DNA from: Macrostomum lignano
Taxonomy: Eukaryota
DNA length: 64,000 bases
Assembly: GCA_002269645.1 (NCBI GenBank)
Contig: NIVC01000153.1
Span: 208,703-272,702 of the forward strand
Reading direction: 5' to 3'
The position numbers were made by a program, and so were the translations under genes. A model generated the notes under the pieces. It searched no databases and had not been told where the DNA came from. It was given only the letters and a program-made list of their open reading frames with translations. Below, piece by piece: positions 14,298-26,020 of this stretch; the stretch's first letter is position 1, and each line of letters starts with the position of its first letter.

Positions 14298-14323
14298 AAG
14301 AAATCATTTTTCAAATTTCGCAG

Positions 14324-15274
14324 GCCTGGCACTGCGCAGTCGGGCGCTGGGCTGCGCCAAAGTGGCGCCGATTTGTTTCGCGAATATCAGCGCCGGCGCC
14401 AGGCCCTGGTTGCCGATCTGGAGCGCCGGGAACGCGAGCGGCAGCGAATGCAAGCCGACTTAGCTGAGCTGGCAGAGCGAGTCCGTGAGCATCAGCGACA
14501 GCAGGAGGGGGATGAGGAAGCGGAGGAGTCGGTTGAGCCGGCGGATCCGCCAGCAGCAGCGGCAGTTCAAGCGCCGCGTCAGAGCGTCGGCACGCCAAAG
14601 CCATCGGTGCTGCGCTCGTCCGGCGCCTCCGCCCGGTCTGCCGCAGCGTCTGGCAACTGCAACAGCCAGGCCCGGAACGTGCAGCAAAAGTCGTCGTCGC
14701 AAACAGCTCGAAACAGCCCGGCAGCTTCTCAGCAGAGCAGCGCCAGTCGCCGGCCGGGCTCGGCCACAGCGTCGACGAGTAAATCGGCCGTCAGAGCTTC
14801 CGGCGCCGTTCAGTCAGCTCGGCAGACGGCAGCATCGAAAAGTCACAGGTTGTCCGCTAGCATTGCCAACACCGCTTCTATCGCTATTCCAGCCTCGGAG
14901 GCGGCTTCGGCAAGAGCGACATCAGCCAGGGGCTTGGCTCATCTCGTTGTCACCTCGACTACCGATGCTCCAACTCAGCCTGCGTCTGCAACTCCCAGGA
15001 CCTCGGCAAACCTCAGTTCCGTCCCAGCTACAAACAGCGCCTCTCCAGCTGTCGTTTCGAATACAACATCCGCTGGCTTTGGCGCCGCACCGAAGCAAGG
15101 TCCGGCGGTTGCCGCCGACCGATTTGTTGCCATAGCAACAGTGCATGACGCGATGGCTGTGCGGGCCGTAGCTTTCGATCCGAGCGGTCGATTTCTGGCA
15201 ATCGGCTCCAATAGTAAAACCCTGCGCGTCTGCCGGTCGCCGAGTCATCGCCGGCCGCTGCTGTTGCAGGACAA
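14324..15274 (+). CDS. WDR47: WDR47 exon 4 (coiled coil, Ser/Ala linker, first WD40)
   Basis: DLFREYQRRRQALVADL...RFVAIATVHDAMAVRAVAFDPSGRFLAIGSNSKTLRVC; phase 2-2. Confidence 0.9.
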
Positions 15275-15331
15275 GTGAGGGGCATTCGGAGCAATTGCTT
15301 ATTCCTAGGGGTGTGCAGCCTCAGGAGCTTA

Positions 15332-15479
15332 CACTCACGGACATTGAAAAGTATCCACCCTGGTTTAGTGAGCCACTTCTCTCCGATCGCAACTGCAAGT
15401 TACGCAACTGGCAGGCTCACTAGAGAAATGAAAAACAGCTCAGTAGATCAGGGTGGATGGTTTTCAATGTCCGTGAGTG
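15332..15479. mobile_element. 148-bp Tc1/mariner-type MITE
   Basis: 31-bp TIRs CACTCACGGACATTGAAAA(GT/CC)ATCCACCCTG with 2 mismatches, flanked by TA on both sides. Inner inverted repeat TAGTGAGCC/GGCTCACTA. Confidence 0.85.
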
Positions 15480-15569
15480 TATGTGGTTAAGAGCGAACAA
15501 CAAGCATTGAACTTGGTGTACGTACAAAAGTGAAGTGAAGCGCGCAAGACGGAAAAATACAGCGTATGA

Positions 15570-15685
15570 CGGGGGCAGGCTTAAACCGGCTCAGCCAATG
15601 AGGGAGCAGTAAGGAGAGAGGTCAAAGTCAGACGGACGAATCTTAGCCTAAGGGGCAGGCCCAATCTGGCTCAGCCAATGAGAGA
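15570..15685 (+). promoter_or_regulatory. Duplicated CCAAT-box motif (GGGGCAGG...GGCTCAGCCAATGAG x2) in WDR47 intron 4
   Basis: Two similar units ~80 bp apart, each with CAGCCAATGAG. Probably TE-derived; function unproven. Confidence 0.3.
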
Positions 15686-16055
15686 GCATTAAGGAAAGAG
15701 GTTGAAGTTAGACACAAGCAAAGTTGGACAAAGTTGGCAAGAGAAAAGCATTACAAAGCAACCAAGTAAAAAAGCAAGAGCGATTGCTGCAGCTTGAAAA
15801 ACTAGAAAATATTTTATAAAATTTATTAGATTCATATTTAAAAAATATATTAAAAGCAAAAACGCTAGTTTTACTACTGGAAGAGGAGTAGATGAACGCA
15901 TTTTTCTATTGATATATCTAGTGCAACTTTCTAATTCAAATGCAATTGAACCGAGACAATAATATTAAGGCCGACATCTCAATTTGAGTTCTTTTAAAGC
16001 TCTAATTGTCAGCCTCTGCATAATACATGTATTGTGTACACCAATTTCTCTCCAG

Positions 16056-16750
16056 CGACCCCGTCCCAGAGCCGCAATCGGTGTTCACCCGGCCGCGCCT
16101 ACACAAAGGCAGCATCTACTGTCTGGCCTGGTCACCCGACAGCCGCCTCCTGGCCACCGGCAGCAATGATAAGACTGTCCGCCTTTTGGGCATCGATCCT
16201 GACTCCGGACAGCTCATACCGGACTTGGACACCGAGCTCAGTCATCATGACGGCACCGTGAGAGATCTTCGATTTGTTGGCGGCCAACAGGACGGCTCCG
16301 CCATGATGCTCACCGGCGGAGCCGGCGACTGTCGAGTCTTCCTGGTTGACTGCGCCGCTCCTGGGGGCCCCGCGATGCTGCGGGCGATGCCCGGCCACGG
16401 ACAGGCGGTGATGGCGCTGCACAGCTGCAGCCTTGGACAGCCGCTGGTAGTATCGGCCTCGGCCGACAAGACCGCCCGACTGTGGGACCTCCGCTCGCCG
16501 ACTCCCGTCCAGATCGTGGCCGCGCCCAGCCAGTCGGCCTACGCCAGCGTGGCCATCGAGCCGGCTGGCCGACTGCTCGCCTCCGGCCACGACGACGCCA
16601 CGGTGGCCCTGTACGACGTGCGCGGAGCTCGGCACCTGGCGGTTGGCCGGATGCACGCCGACGAGTGTCGGAGCGTCCGATTCTCGGCCGACTGCGGCTA
16701 CCTGCTCACTGCGGGCTACGATGCCAGAGTTCGACTGGCTGATTTACACG
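16056..16750 (+). CDS. WDR47: WDR47 exon 5 (WD40 repeats)
   Basis: HKGSIYCLAWSPDSRLLATGSNDKTVR...HDGTVRDLRF...VSASADKTARLWDLR...LLASGHDDATVALYDVRG...HADECRSVRFS. Donor G|GTGAG. Confidence 0.95.
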
Positions 16751-16753
16751 GTG

Positions 16754-16990
16754 AGCTGCTTTTATCACCCTGCAAATGTACATGTAGCTGCCTTTATCAC
16801 CCTGCAAATGTACATGTAGCTGCTTTTATCACCCTGCAAATGTACATGTAGCTGCTTTTATCACCCTGCAAATGTACATGTAGCTGCTTTTATCACCCTG
16901 CAAATGTACATGTAGCTGCTTTTATCACCCTGCAAATGTACATGTAGCTGCTTTTATCGTACCCTGCAAATGTACATGTAGCTGCTTTTC
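16754..16990. repeat. 32-bp minisatellite (~7 copies) starting at the WDR47 intron 5 donor
   Basis: Unit AGCTGCTTTTATCACCCTGCAAATGTACATGT begins at position +4 of the intron. Confidence 0.95.
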
Positions 16991-17133
16991 AGGATCGGGA
17001 AGGGATAAGGGACGTAAGGGGAGGCAAGGCTGGGTATTATTGTGTCATACGAGATATCAACTCTAATTTTGGCACCCTAAGTTTAGACCCCAGATGCCAA
17101 GTTGACACCAGCTGTTCTTTCAATCTAAGGGAA

Positions 17134-17236
17134 GCTGGATTTGAGCGCGCATTTTTAATTCATTCAATGCGACAACGCGATAAAAGTAACTTGTCAAGTT
17201 TGGTCAAGCACTTATCACCACCGGACTTATTCAAGT
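17134..17236 (+). repeat. ~103-bp dispersed direct repeat, copy 1
   Basis: Near-identical (2 mismatches) to 18690-18792. Confidence 0.9.
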
Positions 17237-17565
17237 TTAATTTGATTACGTTTGATTACGTTTAATTTGAGTTCCATATTTTCTGTAACTCATATTTCAT
17301 TGGTAGCATCAATCCTAATGTACATAATTATTGGGATTCTTGAGATTTCAAGACTTCTACGTACCAATAATTGTCTCAAGTTAAGCCTGAGTAATCTGTA
17401 AACATGGAATCTGCAGACCTACAACTGTCCTACAAGTTGTCCGTGTCCTACAAGTCTGTCCTACAACTTCTGTGGGACAGACAGGCTTAGCAATGCAAAT
17501 TGTAGGGTACTACAATTAGAGATATTGGTATTGTATTGGTATTGGTATCGAAGCTGAACATAGTT

Positions 17566-17879
17566 GGGGGTTGTTGTTGTAGCCAGTGGTTAGTGGTTAG
17601 AGCGTCGGACTCACGACTAGTAGGCCGGGGGTTCAATTTCCGATCCCACTGGAGCAATTTGTATCTTCGAGCAAGACACACTTAGCTGTGCATTGCTTCA
17701 GTTCACCCAGCTGTAAAATGGGTGCCAACATTAGCTGGGGTAATTGAGGGTGTGTGTGGCGACCCCCCCCCCCAGTCCTTGGACTGAACAGCCGTACGCA
17801 GCCTCCAGATGCGTCGCGCAACAGCTGCGGCTGAGCTGTCGGTTGCACATTTGGTCCGATTGGGGCAGGTGTTATCAAT
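17566..17879 (+). mobile_element. tRNA-derived CORE-type SINE, copy 1
   Basis: A-box (AGTGGTTAGAGC) and B-box (GGTTCAATTTCC) head, a MIR-core-like centre (GAGCAAGACAC..CTTAG...CTTCAGTTCACCCAGCTGTAAAATGGG), and a conserved 3' part shared with three other copies. Confidence 0.85.
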
Positions 17880-18229
17880 TATTACTATATACTACGCTAC
17901 GCTCGTATATTAATATTTATTTGAGTTTGCGCTGGCCTCCTGGTGTTCAATTTGGCATCCTAATCGAATTCGCACCCAGATGCCAAATTGGGACTTGCAA
18001 TGCTGAATCGAGGGACAGGGGCGTCTCCCTCCCCTTAAACAGTCCTGTACAGCAATCGGACGTTCTCATATCGTCGATGCTCAGCCGAGAACAAGCATAC
18101 AAGTACTTTACATGTATAGTACTCAAAGTAGCACGGAGGCCCATTTTTCCGCGACTAGATTAGTACACTGTGATAAACTCAGGGTCCTCATCAAGTCCTT
18201 TGAAGCTGCATATAGCTGCACACAGCTGA

Positions 18230-18454
<225 letters not shown>

Positions 18455-18689
18455 AATACATTGGATTTCATTGCCAGCCTTTAGAATTTTACACTGTAAT
18501 ACCCCTTTTGCTTATTTCATTTGTCAGCGGATAGTCTAATCATGGATTATCAGCCAAGGGCTTCTAAAGTAGAAGGATATAGCTCGTATGTTTATAGTCG
18601 CTTTGTACGTTAATAGAGTAATTTGGTGACCAATTTGATGGCAAATAAATTTTATGTCGAAATAGTCAAGTTCTGCTTTAACCACCAGA

Positions 18690-18792
18690 GCTGGATTCGA
18701 GCGCGCATTTTTAATTCATTCAATGCGACAACGCGATAAAAGTAACTTGTCAAGTTTGGTCAAGCACTTATCACCACCGGACTTAATCAAGT
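18690..18792 (+). repeat. ~103-bp dispersed direct repeat, copy 2
   Basis: Matches 17134-17236. Confidence 0.9.
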
Positions 18793-19459
18793 ATTTATTG
18801 CCTACTAAATAAAGTAAATTTACCGTATGGAACCACCGCATTTATATAAATTTCAAATGCTCTTATTGATTCACGTAGTACACTGCTCTGGTTATAATTT
18901 TTCTGCAGGTATGAAACAACTTTATAATGATCCAAAAACACAAAACAGCGCATCAACGGCACTGTAATATTGTTGCTATAGTTGCTTACTAGGTTTTGTT
19001 GTGTAGGTGTCAATCACTCTTTAGCATTCTGTGTTTTTTCTCTGCCAGGTACGTAATTTTGTATTGAACTTATGAATTTTGTCGATTTAAAAAGGTTACT
19101 GATTAAAGGTTGATTGTCTATATATAATAAACAGATCACTGAACAATTGCTGTTGTGCTGTACAGGCTGTGCCTAAGCAATTAAACGCAGACAAGCCGTT
19201 TTTTATTTTTCCAACTTGATTAAATCTAATCAGCCCAAGCTTGGATCGCTTAAAAGCCCAAAAGCGAAAGCTTGCAGAGCAGGCCATAGACAAATTTGTC
19301 TTATTTGCTGAATCAGGTGCAATCTTATCAGGACTCCCTAAAAGCCCAGAAGTGAAGTATACCGCAGAGTTTTTTCTGCTAGTTTCTGTTTAAACCTGCC
19401 TTACTCACAAATGGCTTCTACGCGCCCGAAAAAGACAGCTAAAAGTGACGCCTAGCGCA

Positions 19460-19640
19460 GACGGGGACTCGATTCCGATTCGAAAGACGCATCATCGTCT
19501 AACCGTCCAGTTCATTCACCAATGAGACTCTCAGCAACGGAAGGCCAGGCTCGCCCAAGCAAACGATGCCGAATGTGCTCTTTGAAATCTGACGTTCCAG
19601 CTAAGAAGACAGTATTTTGCTCCCGTCAAGTCTCGCGATT
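19460..19640 (+). mobile_element. piggyBac-like C-terminal cysteine-rich domain relic
   Basis: HSPMRLSATEGQARPSKRCRMCSLKSDVPAKKTVFC resembles the H-x-P...RPxKRCxxC...KxTxFxC piggyBac tail. The rest of the transposase is not recognisable. Confidence 0.45.
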
Positions 19641-20150
19641 TGAACTTGCTACACTTTTATTTTCATGTCCTTGTTTTGTTTGGAACCGGTTACACTTTTG
19701 TATTTGTTTAACACTAGTTATACTACGAGCGTAAATTAGGTAGGAGATTAAAGTAAGCTACACTTAATAAGATCGTACATTTGTGCATCACCACGTAATT
19801 CCACTGTACATGCTTATTTCACCTTTATAATTGGAGTCAAAACATATAGAAATACATGATGAACTTCTTTAAATCAGTCACGGCCTGCACAGAAGGCCAT
19901 ACTGGGCACTTGCTGTAGTGACTTAGAAGAGTTAGGAGATGGCTTTTGACGCCATAGACATTCTTGAATCTCAAGGCTTTTGTGTCGTTTTGGGATGACC
20001 TGCGGCGCAGTCCTTTGACTTCCAAATAAGAAAGTCTAAAAACCGATCAGGGTCATTTTTTCATTTCAGATAATGCAAACAGGCAAACTTGCACTGCGAA
20101 CAAACAGTTTCTATTTAAAGACGGGCAGGTATTTATAGAAAAAAGCAGTG

Positions 20151-20582
20151 TTAGTTGTTACTACTATCAGTAGGAGCGACGGCATCTTCGCCATTAAGTT
20201 TGTGCAGAAATTCAGTCAACGGTTCTAATCGTTCTTTGCGCACCTGCATAGCCATGCCCTCGGGCAGATTGCGCTGAATGTACTCGAGAAATACGCTGGC
20301 AGTACTGCCTGTCAGCTTGCTGAAGTGAAGCGTCTTGCAATAGGTTCTAAACTCATACTGACGCATGTGCTTCTTGTGAATGAACGGCGACCGGTTCAGC
20401 GTCAGGCGGACAAAATGAGGCCTATTGCGGTCCTCGACTCGCATCGGCAGGCTGAGCTCCTGGCTAACCATGCAGACAAACTTCTCGTAGCTGTCCATCA
20501 CGGCTGGATCGTGGCCTTTCAGCTGCACCTGCATTCTGGCAATGAGATCGTCAACTTCGCGATGCTGCTGCTCTGATTGACT
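20151..20582 (-). CDS. MRPS10: Mitochondrial ribosomal protein S10 (uS10m), exon 3; CDS join(21148-21096,20989-20902,20582-20151), 190 aa
   Basis: VQLKGHDPAVMDSYEKFV...LTLNRSPFIHKKHMRQYEFRTY...TGSTASVFLEYIQRNLPEGMAMQV is diagnostic of uS10m. Confidence 0.95.
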   Translation of the reverse strand, partial: SQSEQQHREVDDLIARMQVQLKGHDPAVMDSYEKFVCMVSQELSLPMRVEDRNRPHFVRLTLNRSPFIHKKHMRQYEFRTYCKTLHFSKLTGSTASVFLEYIQRNLPEGMAMQVRKERLEPLTEFLHKLNGEDAVAPTDSSNN

Positions 20583-20901
20583 CTAAAGAAAGTGATGATT
20601 ACACGCTTATATATTACTAAGTAAAGTAGTAAGTGGCTACTAGAAGAAATAAACAGATTTTTAAAAAATTGCTTGAGATAATTACAACTAGTGCTAAATG
20701 GGACACTTCCTAAAAGTACAGTCAATGCTTCAGTCCCTAAATCAGTAAATATGCGAATTAGCAGCCATCTTTATTCGAAATATGAACCATCTATACATAA
20801 TCTGTAAGGATTGTTATGTAATATCAAAATAAATGTTTCATATTATAAGGGCAAAAGCTTGTATAATACACTGCAAATACATTATTAATAAGCTTACTTA
20901 C

Positions 20902-20989
20902 TGACTGCAGCTGTGCTGTCAAGGTATTTGTTGAACAGCTGGCAACTTGCATAACTCCCCTAGTTTGATGTGAAATCCATAGCTTTGTC
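20902..20989 (-). CDS. MRPS10: MRPS10 exon 2 (mitochondrial presequence-like)
   Basis: Acceptor CTGCAG|, donor |GTAAGT. Reads TKLWISHQTRGVMQVASCSTNTLTAQLQS; phase 2-0 fits both neighbours. Confidence 0.8.
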
Positions 20990-21095
20990 CTGCAGATTAC
21001 CAAAAATGATTAACAAATGTTTTATTTATTTAAAGACATTAGCTATGAAATAAAATATTACAGCTTTCATCATAAAATTATAATAACTAACTTAC

Positions 21096-21148
21096 CCCAT
21101 GGCTTGTACAATTTGTTGGCTAATATTGACTAACCGAAATGGAAGCAT
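21096..21148 (-). CDS. MRPS10: MRPS10 exon 1
   Basis: ATG at 21148, MLPFRLVNISQQIVQAMG, donor |GTAAGT, phase 2. Confidence 0.75.
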
Positions 21149-22064
21149 AGTCTGAAAAAAACATAATTATTAATATGTTAGATTAAAATGATAGAATACA
21201 ACAATTAGTCTATAGAAAGACACTATTATTTTATGTATTATACCAATATACAATTATTTATATATTTTAGATATTGATAAAAACGCAATGTTTTATATTT
21301 TGATTAAATCCAAACTATATTCAAACTAAAACTATATCATTATTGTTGTATACCTATATACCTATATGCAATCTCTGAAATTACATTAGCCATTCAATTT
21401 ACTTAATAACAAAAAATATTTAATTTGGTCACCAAATTTTGTCAAAAAACGACCATAAGTAATGTCAATGCATGCCTCTGTCTATAGTATATAGGCAAGG
21501 CATATGTACTCGTGGCCTTGTGGGTATTAAGTAGTGTAGTTGCAAAGTTTATTTAGTGAAGCAATACTAGTGCATTTGAGATATACATAGGATGTTTATA
21601 GCCTAAACTATTGCAAGAAGTTGTAAAGCAGATTTAGCAAGTAAAATGCAATGAAAAACCATCTATGCAGCAAACAAAAATCACCATTAATTTCAAAAAG
21701 ATGCCTGCACCAAGCAGATCTGCAGGGTGTTTAGCAGCTCAGGCTTGAATGACATTCTAAACTGCCTAGTTATTGAGAGGGTGAAACCTGACTCTACCAA
21801 GATATCAAGGATAACAAGGCAGACAATCGCAGCTAGCTGGGAGACTCCAGGCCAACTGTGACCAGGAAGTCCATCTTGGACAAGAAGACCAAGCTATTTG
21901 TGGCTTTCACACCAAACAGATGCGTCTCTATCTGCACAACTCTGTCAAACACCAAGGTCAGGGGTCAGTATTTTATTGGGTTTTGTCTATCACACACTAG
22001 ATACCTCTGGTGCACTCTTCAACAACACAACACAACAAAAAAGTACACTGGATAGTCTCTAGTG

Positions 22065-22975
22065 TCACAGGGCGCGTCTCAAGGCCAGAGTGCGAACATA
22101 GACCGCTCCGCCGGCAGAGTCCGGGGCGCCGGCGTCAGCCAGTCGACGAAACGCCGAGTGCGCGCCTGTCCTCGCCGGTAGGGTGCCTGCAGCGTGAGCA
22201 GCAGCACCTCCTGCACCGGCTGTGGGCAGTACGACTCGGCGCGGATGATATGACCTGCCAGCTGGAGTCGCCGACGGCGCAGCAGGTCACTTGGACGGGC
22301 CAGGCCGGCACGGCGATAGAGTGCCGCGTTGGTGACTCGCTCTTCGCCGATCTTGAAGGCGGCGCGCAGCAGGCCAGCGTGCGCCGCATCGACTAAATGT
22401 TCGAGCGAGTCTGTCAGTGTCCAGGTCTCGGCGTTGTAAAGCAGGACGGTTTCGACTACTGCCTGGAACAATGCCGCCCTCTGGCCTCAGACTGAAGGAC
22501 CGCCCTCACAGAGAGGAAGGCAGCCCAGGCAAGCCCGCGGCGACGACGCAGATCCTCGCGTACGTCGGGGACCAGACCACAGAGGTAGACGAACTGCTGA
22601 CATCGCGGAAGTTCCGTTGCCTGTCCGTCAGCGCCTCGGCATAGGATAGCAGCCTCGATGTCGTCCGGTACGCACAGCACGACGGTCTTCTGCGCGTTGA
22701 TCATCAGGCCGACACTCGCCGCAACAGCAACCAGTCGATCAAGCTGTCGCTGGGCGCCCTCAACGGTAGAGGACAGCAGAGCGAGATCGTGGCGTAACCA
22801 AGCACACTGAGCCGCCTCTCCGGTTGACGTCGACCCACGCGTCACCGCAGCAGGAAGCCATCGTCGTTGGAGGGAAGTGCAGTCCGCAGCACCCAGTCAA
22901 GCACCAGAACGAACAAGAACGGCACTAGCGTATCTCCTTGAAGAACCCCCGAGGAGGTCTCGAAGAAATACGATA
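22065..22975 (-). mobile_element. 5'-truncated, frameshifted non-LTR retrotransposon (RTE-like) reverse transcriptase relic
   Basis: GVLQGDTLVPFLFVLVLDWVLR; the YADD motif is broken by a 1-nt deletion (TACGCC^ACGAT); GLMINAQKT; FQAVVETVLLYNAETWTLT. Confidence 0.9.
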
Positions 22976-24987
22976 GGCTCTTCAGTAAAATTCAATTCAT
23001 CTGGACAAGGTTCTGACAGATGGACAATGTATAGCTATATACCTATAAGACTTTGGATTTTCTGGCTGGATAGCAAGTGAATCTGAATCTGCTCTGACAT
23101 AGTGCCTACATCCTAAACTTCAACTTGTGCAACAGATTTCTGTTTAAGTGGCTAAAGGCTGACTTTTCCTAGAGGAGTCTTGCAAACCATGAAGAGGTCA
23201 AATAGGCTACATTGCATTGGTTCTGGCAGCTGGAGTAAAAACACTTGCAGGCTGAGGTGGAGAAGCTGTATGAGCACTGCTAGAGGGTGATTGATATTAG
23301 AAGACACTATGCTATTGATTTATTGATATATTTTTGTTAATCTGTGATTGCAGGTTTATCAGTTTTCATATTAGTGACATTATTTATAATACTGGTATAT
23401 GCTTTAAACATAATTATAGTTAAAAAGGTCATTCTATAAGAGACTATCTATATCTACCAGTAGGCCAATTATATCTAGAAAAAATTATACAATATTTAAA
23501 TTTGCATGAAACTAACCTTCCTAAACATATAACAATAGATAGGCAAATGCATATGCCATAATCAAAGTTGGATAGTCTGCATTAGAATAAATTTTCAAAA
23601 GAATTTATATAACTATCTATGCATTATCAATGTGCTCTTTTTGTGTGAATTTGTATAAAAGTGGGTTTATGAGAATTTCCTGCAAGAAGTTTTCCTATTA
23701 AGCTTTACCCATATGAGTTTTTCCTGTGGCATGGTTTTGGCTATCTTATTAAATCATTTGTTAAATTATTATTTTGCTTGAATTCAATTTCTTTCTATTT
23801 TTAGAGTCCAAAAATATGAAACAAGTGAACAAATCATCAGTTTAACATGCACTGGTAGCAAAATTGTTTGTTATAACTTATAGTCAATTGCAACATCACA
23901 ACATGAGGGACTACTTTAACATTAGGTAGTGTGACTAGGTAATTTAATCTAAAACAAATTTTTACAATACTAATTTAGAATTTGTGCATTGATATCTCAG
24001 TAGTTCTTAAAATAATATCAGTTTTATATGCATGAAATATAAAAATATATGTTTGTAATCAAAAGGCTATGAAAATGCAGGGGACAATTAAAGGGAAATA
24101 CATTTGAGATTGAAAAATGAGGTGCCAAACTGTCAATACTGAGATTCAAGTCAAGCCATTGCTTACTTTTCTGATTTTAGACTGCTACTTTTAGATAGCT
24201 AGATGACCAGCGGCCCCAAGTTAGATTGTGCTACCTATGGAAGTATAGCTAGCTTTAGAATGGCAATTGACTATAATAAACAATTTTGCTATCAATACAT
24301 CTAAACTATTAATTTGTTTACTTGTTTCATATTTTTAGACTTTAAAAATAGAAAAGAATTGAATTCAAGCAAAAAATAATATAACAAATGATTCTATAAG
24401 GTAGGATAGCCAAGGTTTCTCCACTAGGGGTTTTCCTACAAAAAATTTTCCTACCAAGGTTTTCCCACAGGGTTTTTTCTGTCAAAATTTCAAGTCAAAT
24501 CCAATTGGATCTGAAATCTAGTCTAGTCTAGTTTTTAATCTATTCTAGTTTCTATCTAATCTAGCCTAGCCTAGTTCTAATCTGTAGAAAAACCTTTTTA
24601 GTAAGAAACTCTTATAAGAAAACATTGCTGCAGGAAAATCTTGGTAAGAAAAGCTTTTTGGAAAAACCTCTAGCTAGGAAACCTTGCTGCAAGAAAGCCT
24701 CCTATAGATAAACCTCATTATAGGAAAAGCTTGCGCCATCAAACAGTGGTAAGAAATTCTTGTATTTCCAAAGAATAAACATTTGAAAATATAAATAAGA
24801 TTTATTATTGATCTTATACATTACTTAATGCTAATTTATACTAAAGTTGTGACATAGGATCTTACCAACGATCTTAGGATTTTAGTATATGCCTTGATTA
24901 TATAGGTGCCAATTATCCAAAGGCCCTTGGGCTTTGTATACATAAAGATTTTCTAGCAAAGGCCACTTTCCTAATTAGGCCTATAAT

Positions 24988-25248
24988 CAGTGGCATAGCC
25001 AGGAGGTGGGGGGCAGGGGGCTGCAACCCCCCCCCCCAATTGCCTAGGGGGGGTGGGGTTGGGCGCAGTGAATACCAAAAACATGAGGCAATTAAGTGCC
25101 TGTGGTGCCAAAATGAGTGCCTACAGTGCCAAAGGAGTGCCTGCAGTGCTAAAATGAGTGCCTGCAGTGCCAAAAGTGGTAATGGCATAAGGCATGGCCA
25201 GCCAGGCCAACCCCCTCCCCCTAATTGAAATTCCTGGCTACACCACTG
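24988..25248. mobile_element. 261-bp hAT-like MITE
   Basis: TIRs CAGTGG(CA/TG)TAGCCAGGA; perfect 8-bp TSD CCTATAAT (24980-24987 and 25249-25256). Confidence 0.9.
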
Positions 25249-25322
25249 CCTATAATATATAAATTTTATCTTTTTTATTTATATATTAATATTTAATTTA
25301 TTATTATATTTAATATTTAATA

Positions 25323-26020
25323 TCTCTACATATAAAAATCAAAACTCTGTCTGTCTGTGTGTGTGTCTGTGGACAATTTTGATCGCTATGGACTCCCAAA
25401 CTTCTCAACCAAATTACACCAAACTTTACACCCACCCTAAACTTACTACGGAGAATGTCTTAGGCTACCTTTTAATTTCCTAGACTCAAGTCTTCCTACC
25501 TAAAAGTACAAAAAACTGCTCAAAATTTTTTCACTAAATCCTCCATAGCGCCGCTCCACTTCTACCGATTCTCTTCAAATTTGACACAGAAAATTTTCAA
25601 CTATTTTGACACAATCGTGTAAAATTTCAAATCTCAAAGTTAATCCTAAAAGCCGCTGTGTACTTTTAAAGTTAGGCTGTTTTTTTCAGCATCTCCGCCC
25701 GCTTGCCTCTCTTTCCCGATCCCGATCTGGGCCCAGATGTGTAAAAGGGTTTCAAAATTGACTAACTTTCAGCTGCCATAAGTTTGCTCCACGTAAAGCG
25801 ATTGACTTTAAACTAGACACAATTCTTCATTGACTCATTCTCTGTCTAAATGTAAAGTTACAACTCTCTAACTCATTCAGAAAAGAAACTGTAGGCGTGT
25901 GAAGTTTGTCTGCTTTTTCTGTTGTTTGTGCCACTCACTCACTCATTCCCCCAGCTCAGACGAAGGGTCAGGTGATAGGGCTCAATGTACATAGCGAGTG
26001 TACAGTGTTTTGGAATAACT
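25323..26020 (+). mobile_element. Possible non-autonomous Helitron/DINE-1-like element
   Basis: Starts A|TCTCTACATATAAAAATC, then a CTGT/GT microsatellite and ...CAACCAAATTACACCAAACTTT, the typical layout of such elements. No clear 3' CTRR end. Confidence 0.35.

Noticed and set aside
11739-16742. Many overlapping antisense or alternative-frame ORFs
   Set aside because: Shadows of GC-rich WDR47 exons.
17566-17640. tRNA gene (also the SINE heads at 44404, 45504 and 50253)
   Set aside because: Poorly paired stems, a variable anticodon loop, and continuation into the SINE core.
17760-17850. Self-cleaving ribozyme in the SINE 3' hairpin
   Set aside because: No hammerhead CUGAUGA/GAAA core, and no HDV-type pseudoknot could be assembled by eye.
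21660-23290. Possible + strand exons upstream of the methyltransferase
   Set aside because: Splice-like sites exist, but the frames are interrupted by stops and no homology was recognised.
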